Shown: in pieces, positions 28,283 through 36,487 of the stretch
Layout of the letters: every line of letters begins with the position of its first letter
How positions within the stretch are numbered: the first letter of the stretch is position 1
Origin: a virus
Reading direction: 5' to 3' (one strand)
IMG/VR virus record: IMGVR_UViG_3300025913_000030
Location: 10,705 to 74,704 of that record
DNA: 64,000 nucleotides
Program-made: the position numbers and the translations under genes
The notes under the pieces: generated by a model
Databases searched by the model: none
The model's input: only the letters and a program-made list of their open reading frames with translations
Told to the model about the DNA's origin: nothing

Positions 28283-29320
28283 CTAGCTTGACCGATAGTC
28301 ACGCGGCCAGTAGGCGGCGCGCCAGCTGCCGAGGTGCCTGTCGATCGTGTAGTTGCGTGCGTGTTCACGCGCTGCCCTGCCCATGCGCTCGCGCAGGCCG
28401 TCGTCGGTGACCAGCTCGTGCAGGTAGCGCTCCCACTCGTGCTCGCGCCGCACGAGAAATCCGGTCTCCCCATGCTTGACGAAGTCCCGGTAGGCCGGCG
28501 AATCCGAGGCCACCACGGGGATTCCCATCGCCGCGTATTCCAGGGCCTTGAGATGCGACTTCGACCGGTTGAACGGGTGATCGCTCAACGGTGCGATGCC
28601 GACGTCGAAGCGCAGCATGCCGTAGTAGGCGGACGGGTTGGAGAAGATCGGCGTCCACGGGGCGAAGTCCGCGACCGGCGCGCGCACCAGGGCTTGGTGC
28701 TCCGTGCCCGTGTACCGCATGCGGATCTCGGGGTGACGGCTGAAGAACCTGCGCAGGTGCCGTGCTGCGACTTCGAAGTCGCCGAGATGGGTTGCCGACC
28801 CACCCCACCCGATCGTCAGCCGGTCCGTGACGGGAACCGGCAGGTCGAACACCGCCGGGTCGAGACAGTTCGGCACGATGTGCACGAGCGAGGGATCGGC
28901 GCCGTAGTCGGCGGCGCGCTGTGCCAGGTACGGGGTGGAGACGGTGATCGCGTCCGCGGAGCGCAGGTTGGCCAGGATGTTGGCGCGCCGCTGGTCGTTG
29001 TCGAAGTAGGCGCGCGCCTGCAGGTTCTTCTCGTCGATGCCGAGCAGGTCGTCATCGATCTCGTAGACGCGGCGCACCTGGCCGCGCAGGTTGCGCCAGA
29101 TCTCCGTGGGACCGGTGTGGCACGAGCGCTGCCCGACCACGACCTGGCCGGCGGTCAGTGTGCGCACGTCGAGCTTGTCGCTGTAGGAGACGTCCGCCTC
29201 TCCCGTTCGGGCGAGGGCGTCGAGCGGGACCTTGATCCGGTAGTAGCCGCAGCCCTGCCGATCTGCGAGCCAGCCGTGGATCCGGCCGCGGTGAAAAGGG
29301 GACGGATGACAAATAGTCAC
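28283..29320 (-). CDS. Glycosyltransferase (GT-B, family 4-like)
   Basis: GCGYYRI, YEIDDDL, IGWGGS, FNRSKSHLKALEY, PVVASD; exact start uncertain. Confidence 0.85.
   Translation of the reverse strand: MTICHPSPFHRGRIHGWLADRQGCGYYRIKVPLDALARTGEADVSYSDKLDVRTLTAGQVVVGQRSCHTGPTEIWRNLRGQVRRVYEIDDDLLGIDEKNLQARAYFDNDQRRANILANLRSADAITVSTPYLAQRAADYGADPSLVHIVPNCLDPAVFDLPVPVTDRLTIGWGGSATHLGDFEVAARHLRRFFSRHPEIRMRYTGTEHQALVRAPVADFAPWTPIFSNPSAYYGMLRFDVGIAPLSDHPFNRSKSHLKALEYAAMGIPVVASDSPAYRDFVKHGETGFLVRREHEWERYLHELVTDDGLRERMGRAAREHARNYTIDRHLGSWRAAYWPRDYRSS
28288..28302 (+). promoter_or_regulatory. Operator motif copy
   Basis: TTGACCGATAGTCAC. Confidence 0.6.
29306..29320 (+). promoter_or_regulatory. Operator motif copy at the glycosylation/lysis divergence
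   Basis: ATGACAAATAGTCAC. Confidence 0.6.
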
Positions 29321-29381
29321 AGTTAGACATTAGCAGGTTTATACCAGGACAATGAGGTCTGACGAGGGAGGAGGACCAGGG

Positions 29382-29684
29382 GTGATCGCGTGGCTGCATT
29401 CGCTTCCCTGGGCCCCGATTACGGCCGCCAGCCTTGTCGGTACTTTCGTCCTGATGGTGTGGCGCGGTACTTTGGTGCCGAAAGCCACTTTTGATGCGGT
29501 TTGCCGGATTCAGGAGTCGCGCCTGGCTGACAAGAGCCGGGAGAGCGACGACTGGAGGAACGCCTATCTGAACTCTGAGAAGGCGCGCTCACTGACCGAC
29601 CAACAACTGGCCCGGATGCTGGAGCTGTTGCAGAGTACCGACCTGTTCATCAGGTCGTTACCGAGGAGCGGTGATCCCGATTAA
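29382..29684 (+). CDS. Membrane protein of lysis cassette (holin-like)
   Basis: One TM helix plus coiled coil; RBS GGAGG. Confidence 0.6.
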   Translation: MIAWLHSLPWAPITAASLVGTFVLMVWRGTLVPKATFDAVCRIQESRLADKSRESDDWRNAYLNSEKARSLTDQQLARMLELLQSTDLFIRSLPRSGDPD

Positions 29685-29871
29685 GCGCTTGAGACGGCGC
29701 CGTAAGGCGCGCCAGGACGAGGAGACGCGCTCCTTCGGTTGCGAGAAGGCAGCCGCAGCGAAGGATGCGAGCGCCCGCGAGCTGGAAGCCGTCATACAGC
29801 GCGACAAGGTGATCCGAGCCCTGCCGGGACTGCTGCTTGCCCACGCCCATCACCGGGAGCCTGTCCGATGA
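29671..29871 (+). CDS. Small lysis-cassette protein
   Basis: Basic 66 aa ORF coupled to the endolysin gene. Confidence 0.5.
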   Translation: MIPIKRLRRRRKARQDEETRSFGCEKAAAAKDASARELEAVIQRDKVIRALPGLLLAHAHHREPVR

Positions 29872-30668
29872 CACGCACGATGATCGACGGCGTCAACACC
29901 GACGCCCCACGGATGCCGACGACCGGCATCCAACTGGTCGCAGGGTACGTAGACGGACTGTACGCCTGGTCCCAGGAAGACTGGGACCGCTTCCCGCCCG
30001 GTGTCATCCGCGTCCGCATCGCAGTGTTCAGCACCACCAACGACGGCCACATCCTGGACGTCGAGCCCGGCAACGCGACCCCCGCACAGGCGGTCGACTG
30101 GGTGCTGATGCGCCGCAGGGCCGGCGCCGATCCGACCATCTACTGCAGCGTCTCCAACTGGCCGGCGCTGCGCGCCGCGTTCGCCGCCCGCAGCGTCGCC
30201 GAACCGCACTGGTGGCTCGCCGCCTACGACGACGTCGCCGTCATCCCGGCCGGGACGGTCGCCAAGCAGTACAACGACGACCTGCATCTGCACCAGCCTT
30301 ACGACATCTCGGTCGTCGCGGACTACTGGCCCGGCGTCGACCCCGCCGACCCGCCCTCGAACCATGGCTCCGTCAGGAGAAACGACATGCACATCCCCTT
30401 GAAGCCGGGAGACCCGGTGGTCTTCACCAACCCGGCCGCAGCCCTCGGCGGGACTTCCCGCATGCTGGTCGCGAGCGATTTCGGAGACCTGAAGATCCGG
30501 ATCGCCACCTACAGCTGGGCGACGAAGGGCTGGACGGTCCACGACGAGGTGTCCGTCGACTCGAAGGGCCCGGCGTACGCGCTCGACCTGCCGCCGGACA
30601 CCAACAAGGTCTCGGTCGGCGTGGACGCCGACTCGACCGGTATCGGCGGTCTGGTCGTTCTCGCCTGA
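29868..30668 (+). CDS. Endolysin (GH25-like muramidase)
   Basis: VAGYVDG, LDVEPGNA, PTIYCS, WWLAAY, AKQY, YDIS. Confidence 0.75.
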   Translation: MTRTMIDGVNTDAPRMPTTGIQLVAGYVDGLYAWSQEDWDRFPPGVIRVRIAVFSTTNDGHILDVEPGNATPAQAVDWVLMRRRAGADPTIYCSVSNWPALRAAFAARSVAEPHWWLAAYDDVAVIPAGTVAKQYNDDLHLHQPYDISVVADYWPGVDPADPPSNHGSVRRNDMHIPLKPGDPVVFTNPAAALGGTSRMLVASDFGDLKIRIATYSWATKGWTVHDEVSVDSKGPAYALDLPPDTNKVSVGVDADSTGIGGLVVLA

Positions 30669-30883
30669 TGGGCGAGAAGACGAAGCACGCGCTGCGCGCC
30701 GCGCTCTCTGCCCTGGTCGCCATCTGCGGCGTGGTCCCGCTGGTTCTCGGGACCGGCAGCCCAGGCTCGCAGGCCGGCTGGGCGGCGGGAGCCGTCGCCG
30801 CGGCCGGTCTCGTCAACCGGTTGCTCGCGGCAGCCGACCCCTACCTGCCCGCGTGGCTGAGGGTAGGGCCGCCGCGCCCGTGA
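30668..30883 (+). CDS. Holin
   Basis: 71 aa, two hydrophobic segments, LPAWLR C-terminus; after endolysin. Confidence 0.7.
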   Translation: MGEKTKHALRAALSALVAICGVVPLVLGTGSPGSQAGWAAGAVAAAGLVNRLLAAADPYLPAWLRVGPPRP

Positions 30884-30893
30884 TCTCGCCTGA

Positions 30894-30922
30894 TTGACGG
30901 AAAGTCACGATCTGGCTAAGAT
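30894..30922 (+). promoter_or_regulatory. Promoter with embedded operator, leaderless transcript
   Basis: TTGACG-17-TAAGAT, GTCAC half-site in the spacer, ATG 6 nt after the -10. Confidence 0.78.
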
Positions 30923-30928
30923 CACCGT

Positions 30929-31213
30929 ATGAGTGTGCAGCGTCCTGTCTCCCAGATGCAGTTCGCCGCGGACGTAGGGTGCCACTACACCCTGGTCACG
31001 CGGTACCGCAACGGCGAGAGACTGCCCACGGTCGAGCACCTCGCCAAGATGATCGAGACGTACGACCTCGATCCCATGGAGGCGATCAAGGCCGTGAACA
31101 AGGCGAACGAGCGTGACGCTCAGGGTGAGAAGAAGTACCCGAAGGCGTTCGCGACCTACCTGCGGGACAACATCTTCACCGCCCCGCCCGCGGCGAAGAA
31201 GAAGGCGAAGTAA
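30929..31213 (+). CDS. XRE-family HTH regulator (candidate binder of the repeated operator)
   Basis: SQMQFAADVGCHYTLVTRYRNGERLP. Confidence 0.8.
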   Translation: MSVQRPVSQMQFAADVGCHYTLVTRYRNGERLPTVEHLAKMIETYDLDPMEAIKAVNKANERDAQGEKKYPKAFATYLRDNIFTAPPAAKKKAK

Positions 31214-31247
31214 GGGAGCCCGGCTCATCGAGCCGGGCTCCCTTTTC
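31212..31247 (+). terminator. Intrinsic terminator
   Basis: AAGGGAGCCCGGCTC-ATC-GAGCCGGGCTCCCTT-TT. Confidence 0.8.
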
Positions 31248-31256
31248 CTCGTAGTA

Positions 31257-31305
31257 TTGACAGATAGTCACATCAGCGGCAGACTCTTCTTTGACAGATA
31301 GTCAC
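31257..31305 (+). promoter_or_regulatory. Promoter with two perfect operator copies
   Basis: TTGACAGATAGTCAC at 31257 and 31291; TTGACA-17-CAGACT. Confidence 0.8.
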
Positions 31306-31321
31306 AGGGGAGGAGCTACCG

Positions 31322-31672
31322 ATGACCCAGTCCCAGATCCGCGCCCGTGTCACCGCACTGCGCATGCGCCGGCTGGCCCGCGTCGCTCGTGTCTACGCCC
31401 TCTTCGCACGGCTGGTCCAGAAGCCGGTCACGGTCGAGTCCTTCCTGCGTTCTCGCGGCCTGTCCGGCGGCGTGCTGCGCTCGGTCTGGGGCACCTTCGG
31501 CGAGCGCGTCAAGGCGCTGTACAGCGAACTGCGTGGCGGCCGGAAGCCCACGAGCATCTGGCAGACCATCACCTCCCCGTCAGGCAAGGTGCGCGAGGTC
31601 GAGGTGGCCGCGTACCGCGTCAGCGACCTGCCGCTGCTGCAGGCCGTCTGGAACCAGTTCTACGCGATCTGA
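31322..31672 (+). CDS. Hypothetical basic protein
   Basis: Strong RBS GGAGGAG. Confidence 0.75.
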   Translation: MTQSQIRARVTALRMRRLARVARVYALFARLVQKPVTVESFLRSRGLSGGVLRSVWGTFGERVKALYSELRGGRKPTSIWQTITSPSGKVREVEVAAYRVSDLPLLQAVWNQFYAI

Positions 31673-31681
31673 GAGGTACAC

Positions 31682-32206
31682 ATGGCCACTGCTACACCCC
31701 GCGATGACGCCGCCGACGCTGCCGAGATCCTGCACGAGGACAAGGTCTCCGAGGTCGTGCAACACGCACTCAAGCAGCTCGAGGGCAAGCGCTGGGTTCT
31801 CTTCCACGCGAAGGACTACCTGCTCGGCGTGCTGCAGTTGCTCGAGGCGCGCAACCTGCTGCGCGACGTCAAGCGCGAGGCGGAGATGGACAAGGTCGTC
31901 CGGGAGACGCGCGCTGCCTTGGAGGCACGTGTGAAGGGGTACTTCCGTCTCGCGCGCATCGCCGCCGAGATCCTGCCGGCCAGTTACCGTGCCGAGGTGG
32001 ATCGCATCTACAACGTGCGCACCATGGAGGAGCTGGACAACACTGCTGTGACCAAGATCGAGGCCGCCGGCTGGGCGCACGCCGGGTCCGGTCCGGACGC
32101 CATCGCCCTGGCGAAGGTCCGCAAGTTGGCGCGTGAGAGCTACAAGCGCCAGACGATCAAGCGCGCCGACCTGCTCGAGGCGCTGGGCATCAGCGACGGT
32201 AGATAA
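31682..32206 (+). CDS. Hypothetical protein
   Basis: RBS GAGG, 174 aa. Confidence 0.75.
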   Translation: MATATPRDDAADAAEILHEDKVSEVVQHALKQLEGKRWVLFHAKDYLLGVLQLLEARNLLRDVKREAEMDKVVRETRAALEARVKGYFRLARIAAEILPASYRAEVDRIYNVRTMEELDNTAVTKIEAAGWAHAGSGPDAIALAKVRKLARESYKRQTIKRADLLEALGISDGR

Positions 32207-32222
32207 GGAAGCTGATACGCAA

Positions 32223-32253
32223 GAAGGGCCCGGCTCGTTGAGCCGGGCCCTTC
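32223..32253. terminator. Bidirectional terminator between convergent genes
   Basis: GAAGGGCCCGGCTC-GTT-GAGCCGGGCCCTTC. Confidence 0.75.
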
Positions 32254-32254
32254 G

Positions 32255-32488
32255 TCATGCGCGCACCCAGACACCGGGTGCGCGCCAGAAACCGTGCGTG
32301 CCGCACTCCCGGCACTCGATGGAAGGACTCAGCGATCCGTCGGGCAGCCACTGCCAGCCTTCGGGACCGAGCGGGAGTTTGCCGCCGATGTCGTCCCACC
32401 CGGCGTGGACCCCGGTACAGGCATGGAAGAAGACAGGATGGTTATCGACCGGATCGCGCTCGACACGCGGCAGAGCCTTGTCAGGCAC
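32255..32488 (-). CDS. Small Zn-binding protein, DUF6527-like
   Basis: HAC ... SLSPSIECRECGTHGFWR..GVW. Confidence 0.55.
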   Translation of the reverse strand: MPDKALPRVERDPVDNHPVFFHACTGVHAGWDDIGGKLPLGPEGWQWLPDGSLSPSIECRECGTHGFWRAPGVWVRA

Positions 32489-32653
32489 TGTGCGTCAGCG
32501 GATGCCGGAAGGCGGGCGTACAGTCCGGGCAGACGCACCTCTGGGTCGCTGGATCCCAGCAGTGGGGACAGGAACAGACACATGAGCGGGACTCGCCGAG
32601 GTGCTGGTGTGCGGTCTCGGGCTCGGTCTGCGAGGCCGACTGGAGCGCCGGCA

Positions 32654-32881
32654 TCAGAACTTCACCAGTTGCGTTGAGCTGTAGCCTTGGCCGAACCCGT
32701 CACCGTCCCCGGTCCACTCCACGATCGGGTGCGCGGTGTCCTGGGCGAACGGGTCCATGTGCACGCCCGTGACGACGCCCTCCTGCCCCGACAGGCGGTG
32801 CTGGACGCGGTCCCCCGGCGTGTAGGCCGGGTTGCCGCTGCGGTCCCCGGGCGGCTGGTCGGTGGCGACCTCGAGCGTCAT
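32654..32881 (-). CDS. KOW/SH3-like small protein
   Basis: PGDRVQHRLSGQEGVVTG. Confidence 0.6.
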   Translation of the reverse strand: MTLEVATDQPPGDRSGNPAYTPGDRVQHRLSGQEGVVTGVHMDPFAQDTAHPIVEWTGDGDGFGQGYSSTQLVKF

Positions 32882-33282
32882 CGCGCCCTCCTGGGAGCAT
32901 CAGAAACAGCGTCCTGAGTACCGCTGTACAAGTCGACCGGTGTGGCGCCGACCGGGCGGATCGAGTTCGGCGCGATGCCCTGGGCGAGTGAGGCGTCCTC
33001 GCCCGCGAAGGCTACGCGCGGCATCACGCGAGCGGTGTGCGGATCACGGTGGTGGCCGACCACGGTGCCCTCGCCGAGCGTGCGGTGCACGACCCGGTCG
33101 CCGACCTGATGCGCCGGAGTCGGCTCCATGCGCTGATCCTGATTCATCTCGGCCGCGCCCCGCGGATGATGGGTGTTGGCGAGTTCCTGCGGGATGACCG
33201 TGCCGAGATCGGGTCCGCCGGCCGACGGGCCGCCGTCCCCTGTGCTCTGATACGGGCCGCCGCCCTCGAACTGAGCCCTCAT
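32878..33282 (-). CDS. KOW/SH3-like protein, paralogue of neighbour
   Basis: VGDRVVHRTLGEGTVVG. Confidence 0.6.
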   Translation of the reverse strand: MRAQFEGGGPYQSTGDGGPSAGGPDLGTVIPQELANTHHPRGAAEMNQDQRMEPTPAHQVGDRVVHRTLGEGTVVGHHRDPHTARVMPRVAFAGEDASLAQGIAPNSIRPVGATPVDLYSGTQDAVSDAPRRAR

Positions 33283-33309
33283 GTCAACCAGAGTACATCG
33301 GGGCACTGA

Positions 33310-33350
33310 AAAGAGAACCGCCCCAGTCGGCCTCGACGACTGGGGCGGTC
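33310..33350 (-). terminator. Intrinsic terminator ending the Ro/Y RNA/tRNA unit
   Basis: ACCGCCCCAGTC...GACTGGGGCGGT followed by TCTCTTTT on the minus strand. Confidence 0.75.
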
Positions 33351-33351
33351 C

Positions 33352-33535
33352 AAGTCTGGCTGATCAACTGCCTGCCGTGTCCTAGCAGATCCTCGCGGAT
33401 GGCGCGCGCACCGTCCTTGAATCAACTACCCGGAGCTGACGAGGCTCCTTGAACCACTGCAAACAGGCGGGGGAAGACCGCAGCAACCTTACTCCCGCTT
33501 TGACCCGCGCCCCTCACCGGTCAAGGCTACTCACG
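33352..33535 (-). ncRNA. Candidate structured ncRNA downstream of tRNA-fMet
   Basis: No credible ORF; hairpins TTGACC/GGTCAA, GCGGG/CCCGC, GGAGC/GCTCC, ATCC-GCGA-GGAT; ends at a terminator. Confidence 0.45.
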
Positions 33536-33543
33536 CGGATATG

Positions 33544-33617
<74 letters not shown>

Positions 33618-33722
33618 GTGAACCGGATTGCCGCCCCCGGCTCTGCTGGCCCATACACCTCAGCACGGTCCGGCTTCCCGGACTTACCTAGCCAGCCCCG
33701 CACATCCGAGGATGCGTCCACC
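33618..33722 (-). ncRNA. Candidate ~105-nt structured RNA between Ro60 gene and tRNA-fMet
   Basis: Ends pair (GTGGAC/GTTCAC, CGGAT/ATCCG); internal GTCCGG-GAAG-CCGGAC and TGCTG/CAGCA arms. Confidence 0.4.
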
Positions 33723-33725
33723 ACC

Positions 33726-35453
33726 TTACATCGAGCGGCGCGCCTCGTGCAGCAGCTCCTGCACGTTGTCGTCCGTGCGCGGCGAGCGCAGGAACCCGGA
33801 GACCAGCTGCGGCAGCGCCGCGTCGAATCCAGCCACCTGCAGCACACCCTGCTGCTTCGGGTCGGCGATCGAGTGGCCGGCCGCGGTCATCGACGCGACG
33901 ATGACGCGCGCCTGCGGATTCACCGACGAACGGTAGCCGTCCAGAGCCTGGCTCGGGTGCTGGTACCGGCCGGCCCACGTCTCGTTGTCCGTCAGCACCA
34001 GGAACCCGTCGACCGCGATCCGCTGGGAAGCGGCCCACTCGAACGGGAGTGACAGGTCCGTCCCGCCGCCGCTCGGCTGCCAGGACGCGATCTCGCGCAG
34101 GTTGGTGCGCGGCGTGACCCGCGACCTGCGCACGGCGGTGTCGACGTCGATGACGTGGACGTTGCCCTTCTCGATCCGGGACATCGCCGCCGCCATCCCG
34201 CACGCGATCTCGTACGGGGAGCCCAGGGGCGAGCCGCCGAGCACGACCCGGCCGCCGAAGCCGTTGGACATCGACCCGGACGAGTCGACCGCGACCAGCA
34301 GCCGCTTCCCCGAAGGCTCGACGTAGCCGAAGGAGAGCTCGTAGGCCTCCTCCAGCGCATCGGAGATCGCCGCGAGCGGTGTCCAGGTGCGCAGCGGCGC
34401 CTTCGGGTTGGGCTGCGCTGCCCCCGAGTTGTAGACCTTCAGGGCGAGGTAGACGTCGAGGGGGTGGATGCGCGCCTTCTTCAACGCCTCGCCGTCGGTC
34501 AGCCGGCGTACGACCGTCGAAACGGCCTCGCCTCCATAGGGCTTGAGAGCCGCGATCCTGGTCATCCGCGCGAGATTGCGGATCAGGGCCGTCATGCCGA
34601 CCGTCTCGGTCAGCGCTTCCCAGACCTCGGGCGAGTCGAGTACCGCGTCCGGCAGGAACTCCCACGGCACGCGCAGGGTCCGCACCGCGGTGACCGCCTC
34701 CTTCGGACCTGTGACCGCCTTGGCGATCCGGTACTTCTCCACGCTCGGCAGCACCAGGGCCGCCTGCTCGTCCGGAACGTTGCCCGCGAGCCAGCCGAAC
34801 AGGGCGTCGGTCGCCGGGTCCATCTTGATCAGCGATGGCTTCGCGAGGCGCAGCATGTCCCGCAGGGCGAAGGGCTCGCCGCTGCCGGTCTTGCGCGAGC
34901 GGGCCTTGCACGCCCGGAACGCGATGCGGTCCGCGTCGTCGGCCAAGAACCAGTCGGCCAGAGCGCCGCGCATCAGCCGGTTCATGACCGGCGCGATGCC
35001 CTTCCCCGAGGGCTTGCCCTTGAGGTTCTTGTAGTAGCCCCAGAAATGCGCGAAGTGGTCGGTGGTGCGCGCGATCGATGGCAGCGCACCACGCGCCGCG
35101 CGGCGCGCGTCCAGGTCGCCTCGGGCGAAGGCCGCGGCGAGGACGAAGAGGGCCGGGAAATTCTTCGGCGCGCGGCCGGCGGTGCTGACCTCGGTGGCCA
35201 GCTGGACCGCGCGGCAGCCATCAGCCCCGATCGCGTCGAAGACCACCTGCGCGTTGGCGAAGGTGTGCTCCTTCTCCCCGACGTAGTAGGTGCCGCCGGT
35301 CGTGCCGAGGATCAGGAAGTCCTCAAGCTTCGTCCAGAGGTCCTTGCCGAAGGTGAAGCCGCCCGCGTTGTTGCGGACCATCTCGGCCTGGCGGCCGGGG
35401 ATCGGCTCGGTCTGCGGCGTGCGCACGGTGCTGACCATGGACAGGGCGTCCAT
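33726..35453 (-). CDS. rsr: Ro60/TROVE-domain RNA-binding protein
   Basis: N-terminal TPQTEPIPG..VRNNAGGF..FLILGTTGGTYY; MTALIRNLARMT, ARIHP; vWA MIDAS DSSGSM, GGTD, LTDNETW, AGFD; RBS GAAAGGA. Confidence 0.95.
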   Translation of the reverse strand: MDALSMVSTVRTPQTEPIPGRQAEMVRNNAGGFTFGKDLWTKLEDFLILGTTGGTYYVGEKEHTFANAQVVFDAIGADGCRAVQLATEVSTAGRAPKNFPALFVLAAAFARGDLDARRAARGALPSIARTTDHFAHFWGYYKNLKGKPSGKGIAPVMNRLMRGALADWFLADDADRIAFRACKARSRKTGSGEPFALRDMLRLAKPSLIKMDPATDALFGWLAGNVPDEQAALVLPSVEKYRIAKAVTGPKEAVTAVRTLRVPWEFLPDAVLDSPEVWEALTETVGMTALIRNLARMTRIAALKPYGGEAVSTVVRRLTDGEALKKARIHPLDVYLALKVYNSGAAQPNPKAPLRTWTPLAAISDALEEAYELSFGYVEPSGKRLLVAVDSSGSMSNGFGGRVVLGGSPLGSPYEIACGMAAAMSRIEKGNVHVIDVDTAVRRSRVTPRTNLREIASWQPSGGGTDLSLPFEWAASQRIAVDGFLVLTDNETWAGRYQHPSQALDGYRSSVNPQARVIVASMTAAGHSIADPKQQGVLQVAGFDAALPQLVSGFLRSPRTDDNVQELLHEARRSM

Positions 35454-35498
35454 CGTGGTTTCCTTTCGAGGATTCAACACGGCCGGGGCCGGACGCGA

Positions 35499-35533
35499 AC
35501 CGGCCCGCACGAGGGGGTGTCGTGCGGGCCGGT
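35499..35533 (-). terminator. 14-bp hairpin between Y RNA array and Ro60 gene (terminator/attenuator)
   Basis: ACCGGCCCGCACGA-7nt-TCGTGCGGGCCGGT. Confidence 0.6.
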
Positions 35534-35538
35534 CAGGG

Positions 35539-35667
35539 GACGGATGCGGGAGTGACTACCGGGTTTAAGCGTCTTAGGCCGCTAGACAACCAATCCCGAG
35601 GGATTGGACGGGATTCGAACCCGCGTCTCTCCTTTGCAAGGGGTAACCGATAATCGTTCAACCCGTC
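35539..35667 (-). ncRNA. yrlA: Y RNA (YrlA-like), permuted tRNA module with Cys-like loop TTGCAAA
   Basis: GACGGGTTGAACG...; T arm GCGGG-TTCGAAT-CCCGT, closed acceptor hairpin CCAATCC-CTCG-GGATTGG, D arm GTCT..AGAC, terminal stem. Confidence 0.85.
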
Positions 35668-35680
35668 GGTGGTGCGAGGT

Positions 35681-35811
35681 GAGCGGATACGGAGGGCGGC
35701 CACCGGTGTTAAGTGCTCTGCCAATTGAGCTACGCACCCGAAGGTGCGACGGGACTTGAACCCGCAACCACTCTCTTAACAGGAGATAACCGACGGCCTT
35801 TCAACCCGCTC
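35681..35811 (-). ncRNA. yrlA: Y RNA (YrlA-like), permuted tRNA module with Asn-like loop CTGTTAA
   Basis: GAGCGGGTTGAAAG...; TCTC-CTGTTAA-GAGA, T arm, CGCACC-TTCG-GGTGCG, D arm GCTC-AATTGGCA-GAGC. Confidence 0.88.
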
Positions 35812-35843
35812 GATCGAGCCGTCAGGCTCGGCGATTCACGAGT

Positions 35844-35980
35844 GTCCGGATGCGGTGTCGACCACCGGGTTTTAGCGCTCTACCAGTTGAGCTACCCATA
35901 CGGATCTCTCCGTTTGGACGGGATTCGAACCCGCAACCTCTCGAACCAGAATCGATAACCGACGGTCATTCAACCCGGAC
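35844..35980 (-). ncRNA. yrlA: Y RNA (YrlA-like), permuted tRNA module with Gln-like loop TTCTGGT
   Basis: GTCCGGGTTGAATG...; TCGA-TTCTGGT-TCGA, T arm, acceptor hairpin with GAGA loop, D arm GCTC-AACTGGTA-GAGC. Confidence 0.88.
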
Positions 35981-36005
35981 CAGGCTCACTGTGTTCAGTT
36001 GTCAG

Positions 36006-36075
36006 CGGAGCAGATGCGCAAAGCTGGTCCCCGGAGTCATCAGCCAGATAACCGAGAGCCTTTCAACCCGCTCCG
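36006..36075 (-). ncRNA. Short Y RNA lacking the tRNA module
   Basis: Same 5' CGGGTTGAAAGG..TCGGTTATC and 3' GCATC motifs; terminal stem CGGAGC/GCTCCG. Confidence 0.72.
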
Positions 36076-36081
36076 AGAAAG

Positions 36082-36111
36082 ACAGTACAGGGCGACGTGA
36101 CTATCCGTCAA
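36082..36111 (-). promoter_or_regulatory. Promoter plus operator driving the Y RNA-Ro60 unit
   Basis: TTGACG-18-TACTGT containing GATAGTCAC; first Y RNA starts 6 nt after the -10. Confidence 0.78.
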
Positions 36112-36124
36112 CCTGATTTCAGCG

Positions 36125-36487
36125 TCACCACCCGGCGCCCATCCGACCGAGCAGCCGGCGGCCCGCCTCGGGAGAGAGGCCGGCGAAGAACCTGCCGCCC
36201 AGCGACAGGATCCCCACGACGACCACATCGCCATGAACGGCGACGGACACCAGCTGCTCGGCGCGACGGTTGCGCTGTAGCGAGCACAGCTGGTCCGCGG
36301 CAAGGTCCGCCGCGAACACCCGGATCTCGGCTCCGTGGTCGTAACGCGGCACCGACAGCGTGTGCCGCCGCACGTCGTCGTAACCGATCAGCCGGCGGAT
36401 CTTGCGCGACGTCGCGCCGTCGGACCACGGGACACGAACCTCCCGCACCGGCTTGTGCCCGTCGGCCGGGACCATGAGCATCTTCAC
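36125..36487 (-). CDS. Hypothetical protein (DUF3846-like)
   Basis: LMVPADG..IRRLIG..NRRA..VHGDVVVVG. Confidence 0.55.
   Translation of the reverse strand: MKMLMVPADGHKPVREVRVPWSDGATSRKIRRLIGYDDVRRHTLSVPRYDHGAEIRVFAADLAADQLCSLQRNRRAEQLVSVAVHGDVVVVGILSLGGRFFAGLSPEAGRRLLGRMGAGW

Noticed and set aside
35539-36075. Y RNA array read as a CRISPR array or as ordinary tRNA genes
   Set aside because: Units are divergent structured RNAs without identical repeats and spacers; T arm precedes D arm and the acceptor end is sealed, so they are not canonical tRNAs
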